From assembly GCA_902384455.1 (NCBI GenBank), contig CABMCB010000071.1, forward strand, positions 139,315 through 203,314: a stretch of 64,000 nt of DNA. Direction: 5' to 3'. The stretch is from an uncultured archaeon. Its GTDB lineage: Archaea > Altiarchaeota > Altiarchaeia > IMC4 > SCGC-AAA252-I15. A program made the position numbers and the translations under genes. Shown here piece after piece: positions 1 to 10,127 of the stretch; position 1 is the stretch's first letter; every line of letters begins with the position of its first letter. The notes under the pieces were generated by a model. It saw only the letters and a list, made by a program, of their open reading frames with translations, had not been told where the DNA came from and made no database searches.

Positions 1-2
1 CT

Positions 3-200
3 TCATTCGAAAAAATAGCGATGGAAAAATCCACATGCCCCAGCGGCAGAAGAGGAGGAGACTTAGGGTGGTTCGGGAGAGGCCGTATGGTTAAGGCGTT
101 TGAGAACGCGGCTTTTTTGTTGAAGAAGGGCGAGATGACTAAGGAGCCTGTGAAGTCTGATTTCGGCTGGCACGTAATCAAGGTCACGGACGCCAAGTAG
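3..200 (+). CDS. Parvulin-type peptidyl-prolyl cis-trans isomerase, C-terminal fragment (5' end outside window)
   Basis: Frame-3 translation ...[51 protein letters not shown] matches the PpiC/parvulin rotamase signature (GGDLGWF ... FGWHVIKV). Stop at 198-200. Confidence 0.75.
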   Translation, partial: SFEKIAMEKSTCPSGRRGGDLGWFGRGRMVKAFENAAFLLKKGEMTKEPVKSDFGWHVIKVTDAK

Positions 201-318
201 AGTCCTCTTTCTGTTGGAAGGTGTAGCGAGGACTGTATGTCCGTATTGAAAGGCGCAGACTCGTAGTGTCAGTATTCCTTCTTCTTTATTTCCTGGTTGT
301 GCTGTCTCTGATGCTACC

Positions 319-3171
319 TTAGGATAGTGGGCCGGGGTTGTTTTGAGCGCATATTTGGGTGAGGTCGGCTTGTGTGGGGCCTGTGCATCCTGTTTGTGTG
401 CTTGGGCATGTGCCTGTGTATATTTTGGTGCAGCAGCAGTCTTGGTTGCTCCAGCTCCAGCTTTGGGCGGCTGCATAGCGGCATATGTATTGGCATTGTC
501 CGGGGTTTTGGGCTGGTGCTTGGCATGTGCCGTGTGTCACGTATGCTCCTGCGCCGTATCCGTTGCTTGAGCAGTATTGCGGGCAGTTTATCGGGGTTTG
601 GTCGCAGACGTCGCCTGTGCCGTCGCGGTCTGAGTCTTCTTGATTTGGGTTGGGTACTGTGGGGCAGTTGTCTGCTGAGTCAGCTATTCCGTCTCCGTCC
701 TGGTCTGGTATGGCGCAGCGGTAGCATGTTCCTACGTCGGTTTGGAATGGCGTGCATACTGCGCCTTGCGTGCAGCTTAGTTCAGTGCAGCTGCTGGCGA
801 GCGGCACATTGTTGTATTTGTAGTTAGAGCAGGTAGGTTTCGCTTTGCAGTAGTAGCAGGTTTTGCCTTGGTAAGTCGTGGATTCGCAGGTTTCGCTTTG
901 GCTGCAGGAGAGGTCGTTGCAGCTGTCTTGTGTGGCGACTCCGTTGACTTTAAGCACGTCGCTGCAGCTTAATGTGTTGCATTTGTAGCAGGGTCCGTCT
1001 CCGACGATGCCGCAGCGTTGCCAGGGGCTTGCGCATTTTGCGCCGCAGTAGGGGTCACTTAGGTATTGGCCTTGCGGACAGGTTGTGGTGGTTGTTGTGG
1101 GTGCGCAGTAATAGCAGTTTTTGTTGCCTTCCTGGAACCATATGCTTATGCAGCCGTTGGGGCAGTTTTGCGGGCAGGTGTCGTATGTGGGCTGCTGCCT
1201 GTAGAGGAGGTTGCTGCAGTTCATGTAGGTGATGCATTTGCAGTTGACGCACACTTTGCCTGCGGGGCATTCATAGCGTTTTCCTCCCGACCAGCTGTAT
1301 ACTGGGCTGTCGTTGAGGTCGCATTCTTCATCTCCTCCGCCGGCACTTGTGGGCGTGCTAAGCCATCCGTCTCCGCAGCGCGGAGTAACTGTGTGCAGAG
1401 TGGTTGTTGTGGAAGATGTTGTCGTGGTAGTCGAGGTTGTTGTTGACTGCGTCGTGGAGGGAGTGCGTATTGTCGTGGAAGTTGTCGTCGTGGTTATTAC
1501 CGTTTTTGTGGTTGTGGTACGGATTATAGTCGTCGTAGTTGTTTTGGGCGGCGTTTGAGGTTCGTTTTCTTCCGGCACCATATCGTCGTCGCGGTGCAAC
1601 GTGGTGGCGCCCTCAGCCGCGGCCGCTAAGTCCACGCCGGGGTATGCGTCTCCAGTCAAACTTAGGGTTCCAAGTAACGTGGGCGGACTCAAAAGTATCC
1701 CAGTAAGGTAAGAGGCCGATGGCGATTTTGTTGCTATCGCAACTACTTGGCCTGGAAGAATCCCGGACACAAACGTGACGGTCGCTGTGCCGTCGCCTTG
1801 AGACGCGACAGCGATTGGAGTCTGTTTGATTTCTAGCGGATTGAGGTCGACGACGAGGTCTCCGCTTAATGGAATAGATTTGACAATCTTTTGCGCCGGC
1901 ACGTCTATTACGTCCAAATACGATTGCGTTCCCACGTAGACTGGCGCAACCGCGTATCTCCCATCGTCGCTTGTGGCAACATCCACGCTATCTTGGAAAG
2001 TGCCTGAAAGCTTAATTGTCGAAGTATGCGAGCCGGAAACCAAGTCTACTGTGTAAAGATACCCCGTGTTGTTTTCGCGGTCAACAGTAGGCACAAGAGC
2101 CATCTCGTCCTCCGCTCCCTGCCTAACGTCAAGCCCAACCTCCAAGTCACCCGGAAGTTCTGTCGAAACTATGCGGCTTAAATCTGCGAGGTACATTGCG
2201 TTGAGGAGGGTTCGGCCGTCTGTGTGGGTGGGCAGCCACACTTGTTTTCCGTCGCGGCTAAACTCCAGGTCCACCATGCTCTGTAGGGTGCCCTGAACCT
2301 TGGTTTTGCCTGTCACTTCTGGCTTAGATAGGTCTATTGCGTAAAGGGTTGTGTCTGCGCCGTTTGTTAATGCCGCATAAATTTTGCCGTCAGGGCCAAG
2401 CAAAAGGTGGACGTCTTCTACGTAGTTTCCGTCAAGAGTAAGAGTCTTAACGAACGCGGGGCCTGAAACGTCAAAGACGTCTATGTATGCCTCGCTTTTG
2501 TCCGGATTCTGGGACGGAACCGCAACGTAAGCGCCTTTTGCGTCAAAAACCAAGTCAACGTCAGGAACAAAAGCGCCTTTCAAATCAAACCGCTTAACGC
2601 TTGATCCTGAAGCAGAATCAATGAAATCCACGGCTCCCAAGCCGCCGGAAGTAGAAGAAGCAATCACCCGTTTTCCGTCAGGCGTCCACCAGCTGTCCAC
2701 GTCAGTAGTAAGGCCGCTTCCTATTGCGATGTTTTTTATTAGGCTGGCTGATGAGACATCGATTAGGTTGAGATAAGATTGGCCTGTTTCTGTGTTGGTT
2801 GTGGGTAGTGAGGCGGTTTTTCCGTCTGGGCTTAGTTCGGCGTCGACTCCGTTTCTGAGTTTGCCTGGCATGTAGACTGTGGAGATGAGGGTTTTGGTTT
2901 CTGCTGAGAGAATCATGAGGCAGCTTCCTTCTTTGTTTTCTCCGGGAAGCAGGACGGTTTTTCTATCGGGAGTAAACACCAAGTCGACGTCCGCCTTGAG
3001 GCTGCAGGGAACCCAGACTTCCGCCACATTGAAGTCTGAAGGCAACCCTTTTACGGCGGGAACGTTTGCGGCGGGGTTGTTTGACGGCGCATTAGGTTGC
3101 GTCGTGCATCCCGAAACGAAAACAAGCGCAATAGCGAGCAAAAGTCCTAAAACCGTAGTTTGTGTCCTCAT
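319..3171 (-). CDS. Large lipoprotein: N-terminal YVTN-type beta-propeller repeats, poly-Thr linker, C-terminal Cys-rich module with two TSP type-3-like Ca-binding repeats
   Basis: 950-aa ORF with signal peptide and lipobox-like Cys (LVFVSGC). It has repeated SPDGK/TPDGK beta-propeller blades and a long T-rich linker encoded by a GTN-repeat tract. The C-terminal module contains many Cys, [35 protein letters not shown] (a TSP3-like DxDxDGxxDxxDNCP repeat) and a terminal CCCTK motif. Confidence 0.8.
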   Translation of the reverse strand: MRTQTTVLGLLLAIALVFVSGCTTQPNAPSNNPAANVPAVKGLPSDFNVAEVWVPCSLKADVDLVFTPDRKTVLLPGENKEGSCLMILSAETKTLISTVYMPGKLRNGVDAELSPDGKTASLPTTNTETGQSYLNLIDVSSASLIKNIAIGSGLTTDVDSWWTPDGKRVIASSTSGGLGAVDFIDSASGSSVKRFDLKGAFVPDVDLVFDAKGAYVAVPSQNPDKSEAYIDVFDVSGPAFVKTLTLDGNYVEDVHLLLGPDGKIYAALTNGADTTLYAIDLSKPEVTGKTKVQGTLQSMVDLEFSRDGKQVWLPTHTDGRTLLNAMYLADLSRIVSTELPGDLEVGLDVRQGAEDEMALVPTVDRENNTGYLYTVDLVSGSHTSTIKLSGTFQDSVDVATSDDGRYAVAPVYVGTQSYLDVIDVPAQKIVKSIPLSGDLVVDLNPLEIKQTPIAVASQGDGTATVTFVSGILPGQVVAIATKSPSASYLTGILLSPPTLLGTLSLTGDAYPGVDLAAAAEGATTLHRDDDMVPEENEPQTPPKTTTTTIIRTTTTKTVITTTTTSTTIRTPSTTQSTTTSTTTTTSSTTTTLHTVTPRCGDGWLSTPTSAGGGDEECDLNDSPVYSWSGGKRYECPAGKVCVNCKCITYMNCSNLLYRQQPTYDTCPQNCPNGCISIWFQEGNKNCYYCAPTTTTTTCPQGQYLSDPYCGAKCASPWQRCGIVGDGPCYKCNTLSCSDVLKVNGVATQDSCNDLSCSQSETCESTTYQGKTCYYCKAKPTCSNYKYNNVPLASSCTELSCTQGAVCTPFQTDVGTCYRCAIPDQDGDGIADSADNCPTVPNPNQEDSDRDGTGDVCDQTPINCPQYCSSNGYGAGAYVTHGTCQAPAQNPGQCQYICRYAAAQSWSWSNQDCCCTKIYTGTCPSTQTGCTGPTQADLTQICAQNNPGPLS
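1390..1550 (-). repeat. Imperfect GTN/ACN triplet repeat encoding the poly-Thr linker of the 950-aa lipoprotein
   Basis: The plus strand reads gtggttgttgtggaagatgttgtcgtggtagtcgaggttgttgttgac...; on the coding (minus) strand these are ACN Thr codons. Confidence 0.6.
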
Positions 3172-3245
3172 TCAACCCACCCCCACGTAAAACGTGGCCT
3201 GTGAGTAACTTACTTTCGTTAAGAATAAAAGCGCGCAGTCGCCAG

Positions 3246-4238
3246 TTAAGCTCCTGCCTTAGGCTCGTTCTGCTTGCATACGGCGTCCAAGTCTTCACCC
3301 GAAGGACAGCTGCACTTGCCGGTCTCATCCTTGCAGTCTATGTTGTACGTCTTAGTGCAACAGCATTCTTTACCGCTCCACTGCCACCCTTTAGCCAGAT
3401 AATACCTGCACGGCTTAGTGCAGTCAGGAGACGCATCAGAAGGCAACTCGCAACTACCCCGCGAAAGATAACTGCCGCCGTCATAACCTAAGCCTGCACA
3501 GTAATCCTGGCAATTAACCGGGGTGTCGTCGCACAAGTCCCCTTTCCCGTCGCCGTCTGCGTCAGTCTGAAGGGGGTTGGGCGTGTTTGGGCAGTTGTCT
3601 ACGCTGTCAGCCACTCCGTCCCCGTCCTTGTCCTCAATGAGGCAGTAAACGCACATGCCGGTGGGCGTTTTGATTGGAGTGCAATTCCCCGCCAAACAAT
3701 CTAACTCATCGCAGGAAGCGGCCGCCTGAAGATTGTTTATTATGTAGTCCGAGCAGGAGTTGGGGTTTGGTTTGCAGTAGTGGCATGTGAGGTTGGCGTA
3801 GCTGGATGAAGTGCACGTTTCGTTTACGCTGCAGTTAAGGTCGCTGCAGGAGTCGGCCATGGGCAGGTTGTCTGTAGTGCGCACGTCTTTGCACGTTACC
3901 TGCCTACACGCGTAGCAGGGGAGTCCGCTTTCGACTTTGCGGCATCTTTCTTCGGGCGTTTTGCATGTTCCGCCGCATCCGTTGTCGTCGAAGTATCCGT
4001 TTGAGGGGCAGTCGTTTTTAGGCGCCTCCAATGTGGAAGACGTCGATGTTGAGGGCTCCGTGGTCGTGTCCGAAAGGATTATGCTGGTGGAAGACTGAAC
4101 TGTAGAGGTTGTAGTCTGAACAGGTGCAGGAGGGTTGTATGCCGTTGTAGTAGTAACAGTGGGCGTAGTCGTGATCGTAAGACACCCTGAGGATGCCAAA
4201 ACAAAGAAGGCGACCAAAAAAAGAACAGGTTTTGTCAT
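3246..4238 (-). CDS. Lipoprotein paralog carrying the same Cys-rich/TSP3-like C-terminal module without the propeller
   Basis: 330 aa with signal plus lipobox (LASSGC) and a Thr/Ser-rich linker. The C-terminal ~230 aa align residue-by-residue with the C-terminus of the 950-aa neighbour (CSDLNCS..ETC..YCK..., DKDGDGVADSVDNCPNTPNPLQTDADGDGKGDLCDD, W.WSG.ECCCTK). Confidence 0.8.
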   Translation of the reverse strand: MTKPVLFLVAFFVLASSGCLTITTTPTVTTTTAYNPPAPVQTTTSTVQSSTSIILSDTTTEPSTSTSSTLEAPKNDCPSNGYFDDNGCGGTCKTPEERCRKVESGLPCYACRQVTCKDVRTTDNLPMADSCSDLNCSVNETCTSSSYANLTCHYCKPNPNSCSDYIINNLQAAASCDELDCLAGNCTPIKTPTGMCVYCLIEDKDGDGVADSVDNCPNTPNPLQTDADGDGKGDLCDDTPVNCQDYCAGLGYDGGSYLSRGSCELPSDASPDCTKPCRYYLAKGWQWSGKECCCTKTYNIDCKDETGKCSCPSGEDLDAVCKQNEPKAGA

Positions 4239-4244
4239 ACGCCC

Positions 4245-4685
4245 CTAAGACAACTTGATGAACTCCATACCCAAAGCCTTACCCATATCAAGAATCTTGT
4301 CATCAATCCTATACGCGTTCTTATAGTAAATCCTCTTTATCCCCACATTAGCCAACGCCTTAAAGCAGCTATAGCAAGGAAAATGCGTAATGAACATGTC
4401 TGCGCCATCAATGGAGATGCCATGCTTAGCCGCCATCACCATAGCATTCATCTCCGCATGGATGGTGCGCACGCAATGCCCATCAACCATCTCATGCCCC
4501 AACTCAGAGCAATGAGGCAGGCCTGAAACGCTTCCGTTGTATCCTGTCGCCAGAATGCGTTTGCCTTTAACCACAACTGCGCCGACGTAAGCGCGGTCGC
4601 ATGTTGAGCGCCGGGAGACTGCTTCAGCGATTCCAATAAAATACTCCTCCCATGACGGCCTGCTGCCCGCTTTTTCTTCTGCCAT
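4245..4685 (-). CDS. dCMP / cytidine deaminase family protein (ComEB-like)
   Basis: 146 aa. Zinc-binding motifs HAEMNA and PCxxC (PCYSCFKAL) are typical of cytidine/deoxycytidylate deaminases. Confidence 0.8.
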   Translation of the reverse strand: MAEEKAGSRPSWEEYFIGIAEAVSRRSTCDRAYVGAVVVKGKRILATGYNGSVSGLPHCSELGHEMVDGHCVRTIHAEMNAMVMAAKHGISIDGADMFITHFPCYSCFKALANVGIKRIYYKNAYRIDDKILDMGKALGMEFIKLS

Positions 4686-4766
4686 ATAAATCCAATAGGA
4701 TTAGGCATAACCCCTTAAAATGCTGTTGTAAGCCGTTTTTAAATCAAATCACCTTAAGTACATAAT

Positions 4767-5366
4767 GTGAAAAAAGAATCAGCTCACACTACTCATATCG
4801 AATCCAGCGGCAGCCGCAACGCGGCCGAAAAAGCTATACTGTCCGGCTTCATGGGTGTTGCGGTCGTATTGCTCGTTTTCCTTGTTGGCGGGGCCCTAGG
4901 CTACGTCCTAGGCGGGTCAACTGAAAAAGCGGTCACCAAATACCAGTGCGGCGACGGCTCAGTTGTTTCGGCCATTTCTCAGTGTCCTGCAGGTGCTGTT
5001 GTGCAGCAAAGTACGTGCACCACAGTAGTCCAGCAGGCAAATACTCCCACCACTCTTAAGTGCCCCTCATGTGTATGCCCTGGCGGAGCAGCTCCGGTGA
5101 CTACCACAACTACGACCGTATGGGTGCCAAGCGGACCTCCGTGCAAGACTGACAGCGAATGCGGTGTTCCAATCAAAAATGAGACTAGGTGCTGGAACGG
5201 CGATGTGAACTATGTCGTAACAACTCCTGTCTGCGCTATACAAGGCAACGCTACAAACGGAAACTGCCTGAACCGCATAACATACGAAGTCAAACAGACC
5301 TGCGATGATGGGACTATATGCAAGAACGGGGAGTGCGTGCAACCTGCGCCAGAAGAACAACAGTAA
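4767..5366 (+). CDS. Membrane-anchored extracellular Cys- and Thr-rich protein (hypothetical)
   Basis: 199 aa with an N-terminal TM helix (FMGVAVVLLVFLVGGALGYVLG), a TTTTTT tract and multiple Cys pairs. No recognisable enzymatic motif. Confidence 0.5.
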   Translation: MKKESAHTTHIESSGSRNAAEKAILSGFMGVAVVLLVFLVGGALGYVLGGSTEKAVTKYQCGDGSVVSAISQCPAGAVVQQSTCTTVVQQANTPTTLKCPSCVCPGGAAPVTTTTTTVWVPSGPPCKTDSECGVPIKNETRCWNGDVNYVVTTPVCAIQGNATNGNCLNRITYEVKQTCDDGTICKNGECVQPAPEEQQ

Positions 5367-5371
5367 ACCCG

Positions 5372-5749
5372 TTATCTTCTAATTATTGCCGCAGCCAACG
5401 ACACAACCAGTACTCCGAACCCCGAACCCGCCGCGTCCACAGTGACGTCAAAAAAGTCCGCAACACGGCCAGGCACCAAAAACTGGTGCAATTCATCGGA
5501 CACTCCATACAGGATGCACGCAGCCCACACCGCAAAATAAACGTTTCTTCTGCCGCCCTTAAGACCCACGCCGAAGCAGGACGCCAAAACACCAAGTAAA
5601 GCATACTCTGAGAAATGCAGCGCCACAGCCACCCACTCCGGAATAGGAGCACCCAAAGGACTAGCCTGACCTGACTTATAAAAAATAAAACCAGCCCACA
5701 AAGCCGTCAAGACGCCGAAAAAAGCAGTCCTAAAATTCATGAAAACCAA
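5372..5749 (-). CDS. VanZ-like family membrane protein
   Basis: 125 aa, 3-4 TM segments, with conserved SDELHQFLVPGR-type motif characteristic of VanZ-like proteins. Confidence 0.6.
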   Translation of the reverse strand: MVFMNFRTAFFGVLTALWAGFIFYKSGQASPLGAPIPEWVAVALHFSEYALLGVLASCFGVGLKGGRRNVYFAVWAACILYGVSDELHQFLVPGRVADFFDVTVDAAGSGFGVLVVSLAAAIIRR

Positions 5750-5755
5750 AACACG

Positions 5756-6811
5756 TCACTCCGGACTCTTGGGAAGCAGACCCATCCTCTTCACAGCAAA
5801 CCATGACACCAAAGTCGCAGCAAAAGTGGAAACGACAATCAAACCAATATACCAACTCACATCACCTTTAGTGAACTCAAACATGCTATTTCCAGCGACG
5901 GTAGCTATCGTATTTGGCACCAAAAGCGCCGTACCAATAATAGTAAGATAAGCCACAAGAAGCGCCATCTTATTGTTCAAAACCTGCAACTGATTATTAT
6001 AAATCGACTGAAGCACCTCAAGGCCGCTAGCCAAAACGTCGCTCAAGTGCTCCGCAAGCCCAATCTGAGAATGCACCTCCCCAACAAGGCCGTTTATGCG
6101 ATCCAAAATCTTAGGGTCGTCGCTTAAGAGGTCTGCATCCCCGTACCGCAAAGAATTAAGCGCATCCACCGTAGCCCAAAGGCCGCCCAGATACTGTATG
6201 AGGGCATGCTTCATGTGGTATATGCTGTGCCCCAGTTTGTCCCTAGGAGTCTTAGGGTCTGCAAGCACCCTGTTTAGGGCGTCTCCCGCCTCCTCTATCT
6301 CATGGAGGTGGTCAAAGTTTCTGGCGTTGTTCTCATCTATGATGCGCAACAACAGAATCGTCATACGGTCTTCCGGAGGCTTGTTCTCCGGAAGCTTCTT
6401 AAGCAACGTCTCAGCGTACCTTCTGATGCGGAAAAACCTCTTGGTTTCGCCAGTATGAATAGTCGCAAGCACGTTCCTACTTACCAAAATCAGGATAGGC
6501 TCAAGCCGCACATCAAGGCCTTCCACGCGGATGGCGGGAACGCGTATCCCCAGTTCAGTCCCAAAGTCCTCATATCCGCTTCTAGATTTCTTAAGAAGAT
6601 TCTCCACAATGCTTTTGCTGAAACCCAACTCGGTCGCGGCCTTCAACGCCTCTTTCTCGAAGTCGTCCACGAAATAGTCGACCCAAGCTTCAGAAGCCTG
6701 CTCTATGAGCGGCTTAAAGTCTGCGATGTCCTTTGACTGCTTCTGCTGAGTCTTGCCTTTATGGACTACGGCGCAAAAACCCTTCTCCCCCAAATCATCA
6801 ATCTTCGCCAC
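5756..6811 (-). CDS. corA: CorA-like Mg2+/Co2+ transporter
   Basis: 351 aa. Large soluble N-terminal domain and two C-terminal TM helices. The first helix ends in GNSMFEF, a variant of the CorA GMN motif. Confidence 0.6.
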   Translation of the reverse strand: MAKIDDLGEKGFCAVVHKGKTQQKQSKDIADFKPLIEQASEAWVDYFVDDFEKEALKAATELGFSKSIVENLLKKSRSGYEDFGTELGIRVPAIRVEGLDVRLEPILILVSRNVLATIHTGETKRFFRIRRYAETLLKKLPENKPPEDRMTILLLRIIDENNARNFDHLHEIEEAGDALNRVLADPKTPRDKLGHSIYHMKHALIQYLGGLWATVDALNSLRYGDADLLSDDPKILDRINGLVGEVHSQIGLAEHLSDVLASGLEVLQSIYNNQLQVLNNKMALLVAYLTIIGTALLVPNTIATVAGNSMFEFTKGDVSWYIGLIVVSTFAATLVSWFAVKRMGLLPKSPE

Positions 6812-6900
6812 ACGCGCACCTACTAATTAGAATCGGCCTGCCAGCTAAAAACATGTTGGCCTCTGAATTAGTATTATCCTCTGCCGCCTAATACTCTTCC

Positions 6901-7290
6901 ATGGGTTTTCTCGCCAAAACCAAGGCTTACGCCGACAAACGCCTGCATAAGCCTCTGCTTTTTCTTTCCCGCATAGGCCTACGTCCGCACCATTTCACAA
7001 TTTTGGCGTTGATATGCGGCGTGGCTTCGGCTTATTTCCTTTTCGACAACCCCCTGTCTGCGGCCTTACTCGTATTGTTTTTGGTTTTTGACGGCCTTGA
7101 CGGGGCTCTTGCGCGCGCTTCAAGCAGGGAGAGCGAGAGGGGTACGCGGCTTGATTTCTTCGTGGACCGTCTTGTGGCAACGCTTCTTCTATTAAAATTC
7201 TACGTTAGAGGCGTGAGCGTGGTTTTCCCTCTTGTGGGGCTGTTGGCTGTCGCAGCCACAGTAGTCGATGACCTAAGGCAGCGCAAGTAG
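6901..7290 (+). CDS. CDP-alcohol phosphatidyltransferase family protein (unusually short, possibly truncated)
   Basis: Perfect family signature DG-x2-AR-x8-G-x3-D-x3-D (DGLDGALARASSRESERGTRLDFFVDRL). Only 129 aa, with ~47 aa after the motif, whereas typical members are ~180-230 aa. Confidence 0.65.
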   Translation: MGFLAKTKAYADKRLHKPLLFLSRIGLRPHHFTILALICGVASAYFLFDNPLSAALLVLFLVFDGLDGALARASSRESERGTRLDFFVDRLVATLLLLKFYVRGVSVVFPLVGLLAVAATVVDDLRQRK

Positions 7291-7291
7291 T

Positions 7292-8518
7292 TTATGCGCC
7301 CACCAGATGCTGTTTGCCAAGAAGGTTCAGGATTTCCTGGAGGACTTTAGAGCCCTTAATGTGGCCTAATCCTCCCGTCATGCAGGGTCTTTCCCCGAAT
7401 TCCTGCACTCCGTCGGGTCGGACTCCTGGGCCCCACATGAAAATGGGCACTGGGTCGCCTGTGTGCGCCTTGAGCGTGCAGGATGTGGAGTGGTCTCCTG
7501 TAAGCGCAATGACAGTGTCATCCATCGACAGCAGCACGTCTGACGCAGCGTCAATCTTCTCTATGAACGCCTTCTTGCCCTCGAAGTTTCCGTCTTCAGC
7601 AAGATTGTCAGCAGCCTTAACGTGGACGAAAACATACTCGTAGCCTTCCTCAAACGCCTTCTTCGCCCTCAAAAACTTGTTCCTCACGTTGGTGTCAGGC
7701 TTACCTGTAGCGCCTTCACAATCCAAAATGTCGAATCCAACCGCCTTCGCCACACCCTTATACAATCCCGCTCCTGCGACGCAGGCGGCCTTCATGTGGT
7801 AGCGTTCCTGAAACGGCGGAATCTTGGTTACGACTCCTGCGCCACGAACCAAAACGAAATTCACAGGAGGCTTCCCCTCAGCAACACGCTTCTTATTCTC
7901 AGGAATATCCTTCAAAACCTGATGGCACTTAAGCAAAAACGCATTCAAAATCCGCGCAGTCTTCTTCGCCTCAGGACTACCGTCAGTAGCAGAAGACTCC
8001 ACGACCCTCAAACCCACCTCATGCGGATCAGGGTCAGTGATAGCCGCCGAAAGACCCGGCCCATGCATCACAACACCAATACGATGACCAGTACCCGGCT
8101 TAAGGAAAAACTCAACATCCTCCACCTTAACACGCTCACCCAACGCCTCAACATAAGGCACAGTATCAGCCGGCCTACCCGCACGCCGATCCTTGATAAT
8201 AAGATTATCATCCACAGTCGCAACATTACCCCTAAAAGCAACATCCCCATGCCTCAAATCCATACCAATACCGGCGGCCTCAAACGGTCCCCGTCCGCTG
8301 TAGTACTTGTCTACTTCGTACCCCAGTAGTGTGAGGGTTGCTGTGTCGCTTCCGGGACGTATTCCGACACCCAAAGTGTGCATCAGTCCAGTTATGCCTT
8401 CGCGGGCAAGCCGGTCTAAGTTAGGGGTCTTTGCCGCTTCAAGGGGAGTTTTACCGTTGAATTCCTTTATTGGGCGGTCGCCTAGTCCGTCGCAGATTAT
8501 AAACAATGCTTTAGCCAC
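7292..8518 (-). CDS. apgM: 2,3-bisphosphoglycerate-independent phosphoglycerate mutase, archaeal type
   Basis: 408 aa beginning [16 protein letters not shown] with ...TGDHSTSC... Length and motifs match archaeal ApgM. Confidence 0.85.
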   Translation of the reverse strand: MAKALFIICDGLGDRPIKEFNGKTPLEAAKTPNLDRLAREGITGLMHTLGVGIRPGSDTATLTLLGYEVDKYYSGRGPFEAAGIGMDLRHGDVAFRGNVATVDDNLIIKDRRAGRPADTVPYVEALGERVKVEDVEFFLKPGTGHRIGVVMHGPGLSAAITDPDPHEVGLRVVESSATDGSPEAKKTARILNAFLLKCHQVLKDIPENKKRVAEGKPPVNFVLVRGAGVVTKIPPFQERYHMKAACVAGAGLYKGVAKAVGFDILDCEGATGKPDTNVRNKFLRAKKAFEEGYEYVFVHVKAADNLAEDGNFEGKKAFIEKIDAASDVLLSMDDTVIALTGDHSTSCTLKAHTGDPVPIFMWGPGVRPDGVQEFGERPCMTGGLGHIKGSKVLQEILNLLGKQHLVGA

Positions 8519-8597
8519 AGTCCTTCACCTCATAGTAAATGGCAGACGCCGCTAATAACGCTTTGGTTTTAGGCGAAGGCGCACAAATACTTCCTCA

Positions 8598-10100
8598 ATG
8601 CGTCTCACACACGTATTAGCGATTGCGGCATTAGCAACCGCACTTTTCGCCGCAGGATGCCTCAACGAAAACCCGGAAGCATCCCCCCCAATAAACAACC
8701 TGCAAACGACTACTACGCCGGCCGCAGCAATCAACCTGCATGAGGCTCAATTCGAGGGCGTCATCAGAGCCGGAGTCGGACCGCAGTTTGACGCAACAGG
8801 CAAATCCGTCGCATTACTCCTTTTCACGCCATCTATCCAAAGAACCCGCCTGACTTCCACAGACGTTTCCACAGGAATGGCGAAGGTAGACCTAATAATA
8901 GACGGCGCCCCAGTGAATGGCGTAGGACCAACAGTATACCCAGACGGTTCACTGGTGTATGCGCTTACCCAGAAAGAAGACGGCGCAATACTCTCAGCCG
9001 TGGACGTGTCATCCGGACTCGTCTCAGCGACAGTACGACCACCCGGAGTAGTAGTGCCATACCAGCCCCCAATCCTTGTAGGCGCATTAATCATCATACC
9101 AACCTACTTAGACAACAAAACCCGCATATCAACATACCTCGCCAAAGGCCTCACTCCAGTATGGGACGCGGAATTAGACGGCTTTCCTGCGCCAAGTGTG
9201 GCCCCCCTAATAACAAACGATTACGTGGCGATGGCAGTAAGGAAAGACGACGGCACATCAGTTGTAAACGTCATAGACCCCAAAACCGGGAAAACAACCG
9301 CTCAAACGGCACTCCCACGCGACCTAGTGCCTGGAGCAGGACCCATCGAAATCAGCGCCGGCAAAATAGGGGTAGCGACAGAACACAGCGAAACAGGAGA
9401 CTCCGCATTCACAGCAATAGACGCCTCAACAGGAAACACAATATACGAAGCCCCCCTCGAAGGCGAACTAGTCGGCAGAGTCGCACCAATACAAACCCCA
9501 AACGCCATCATAGTAGCCACAAACACCCAAAAAGGCATAATAACATTCATAAACCCGCAAACAGGCGACCAACAAAAAACATACCTCAACGCACCCATAC
9601 CCCCCGGAATAACACCCCTGCTAACGCCCGACGGAAAAATAGCCGCAGCAACCCAAGCACAAACCGCCGCAATAGAAACAGCAACCCCAGACGGCACAAC
9701 AACAGAAACACCCATATCCGGCAACTACGCCATCCACACAAACATACTCCAAAACGAAGGCCTAATATACGCGTTCACCAACAGAGAAAACGAATCATAC
9801 ATGACCGCAATAAACGAAACCACCGGCAAAATAAAATACCGAAAAGAACTAAACGGCTCAATAGACCCCGCAGTAAAAACAGCACTAACCCACGACGCAA
9901 CAGCATTCGCATACTCACTAGCCCCCGCAATAGCCGCACTAAAAACCGCAAACTTCAACCAAAAAGCAATCGCAATAGCCACAGAAGACGAAACCACAGT
10001 CTACTTCCACCTACTATCCCCCCAAACAGGAGAAACACTCGCACTACAAGAAACACAAGGCCGAATCTGGCCTGCAGTAAGCCCAATAACGCCCTACTAA
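8598..10100 (+). CDS. Secreted lipoprotein, probable beta-propeller (PQQ/BamB-like repeats)
   Basis: 500 aa with signal plus lipobox (LFAAGC), a Thr-rich stretch, and repeated ~40-aa segments rich in G/T/A/V consistent with propeller blades. The overlapping R/N-rich 329-aa ORF in another frame is treated as spurious. Confidence 0.5.
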   Translation: MRLTHVLAIAALATALFAAGCLNENPEASPPINNLQTTTTPAAAINLHEAQFEGVIRAGVGPQFDATGKSVALLLFTPSIQRTRLTSTDVSTGMAKVDLIIDGAPVNGVGPTVYPDGSLVYALTQKEDGAILSAVDVSSGLVSATVRPPGVVVPYQPPILVGALIIIPTYLDNKTRISTYLAKGLTPVWDAELDGFPAPSVAPLITNDYVAMAVRKDDGTSVVNVIDPKTGKTTAQTALPRDLVPGAGPIEISAGKIGVATEHSETGDSAFTAIDASTGNTIYEAPLEGELVGRVAPIQTPNAIIVATNTQKGIITFINPQTGDQQKTYLNAPIPPGITPLLTPDGKIAAATQAQTAAIETATPDGTTTETPISGNYAIHTNILQNEGLIYAFTNRENESYMTAINETTGKIKYRKELNGSIDPAVKTALTHDATAFAYSLAPAIAALKTANFNQKAIAIATEDETTVYFHLLSPQTGETLALQETQGRIWPAVSPITPY

Positions 10101-10127
10101 ACGGCTTCTCCAGCGGCGGAGCTAACT

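Noticed and set aside
63-476. 137-aa and 70-aa minus-strand ORFs at the left end.
   Set aside because: They overlap the parvulin PPIase C-terminus and the 3' end of the 950-aa lipoprotein gene. They have no motifs and a low-complexity A/P/K-rich sequence.
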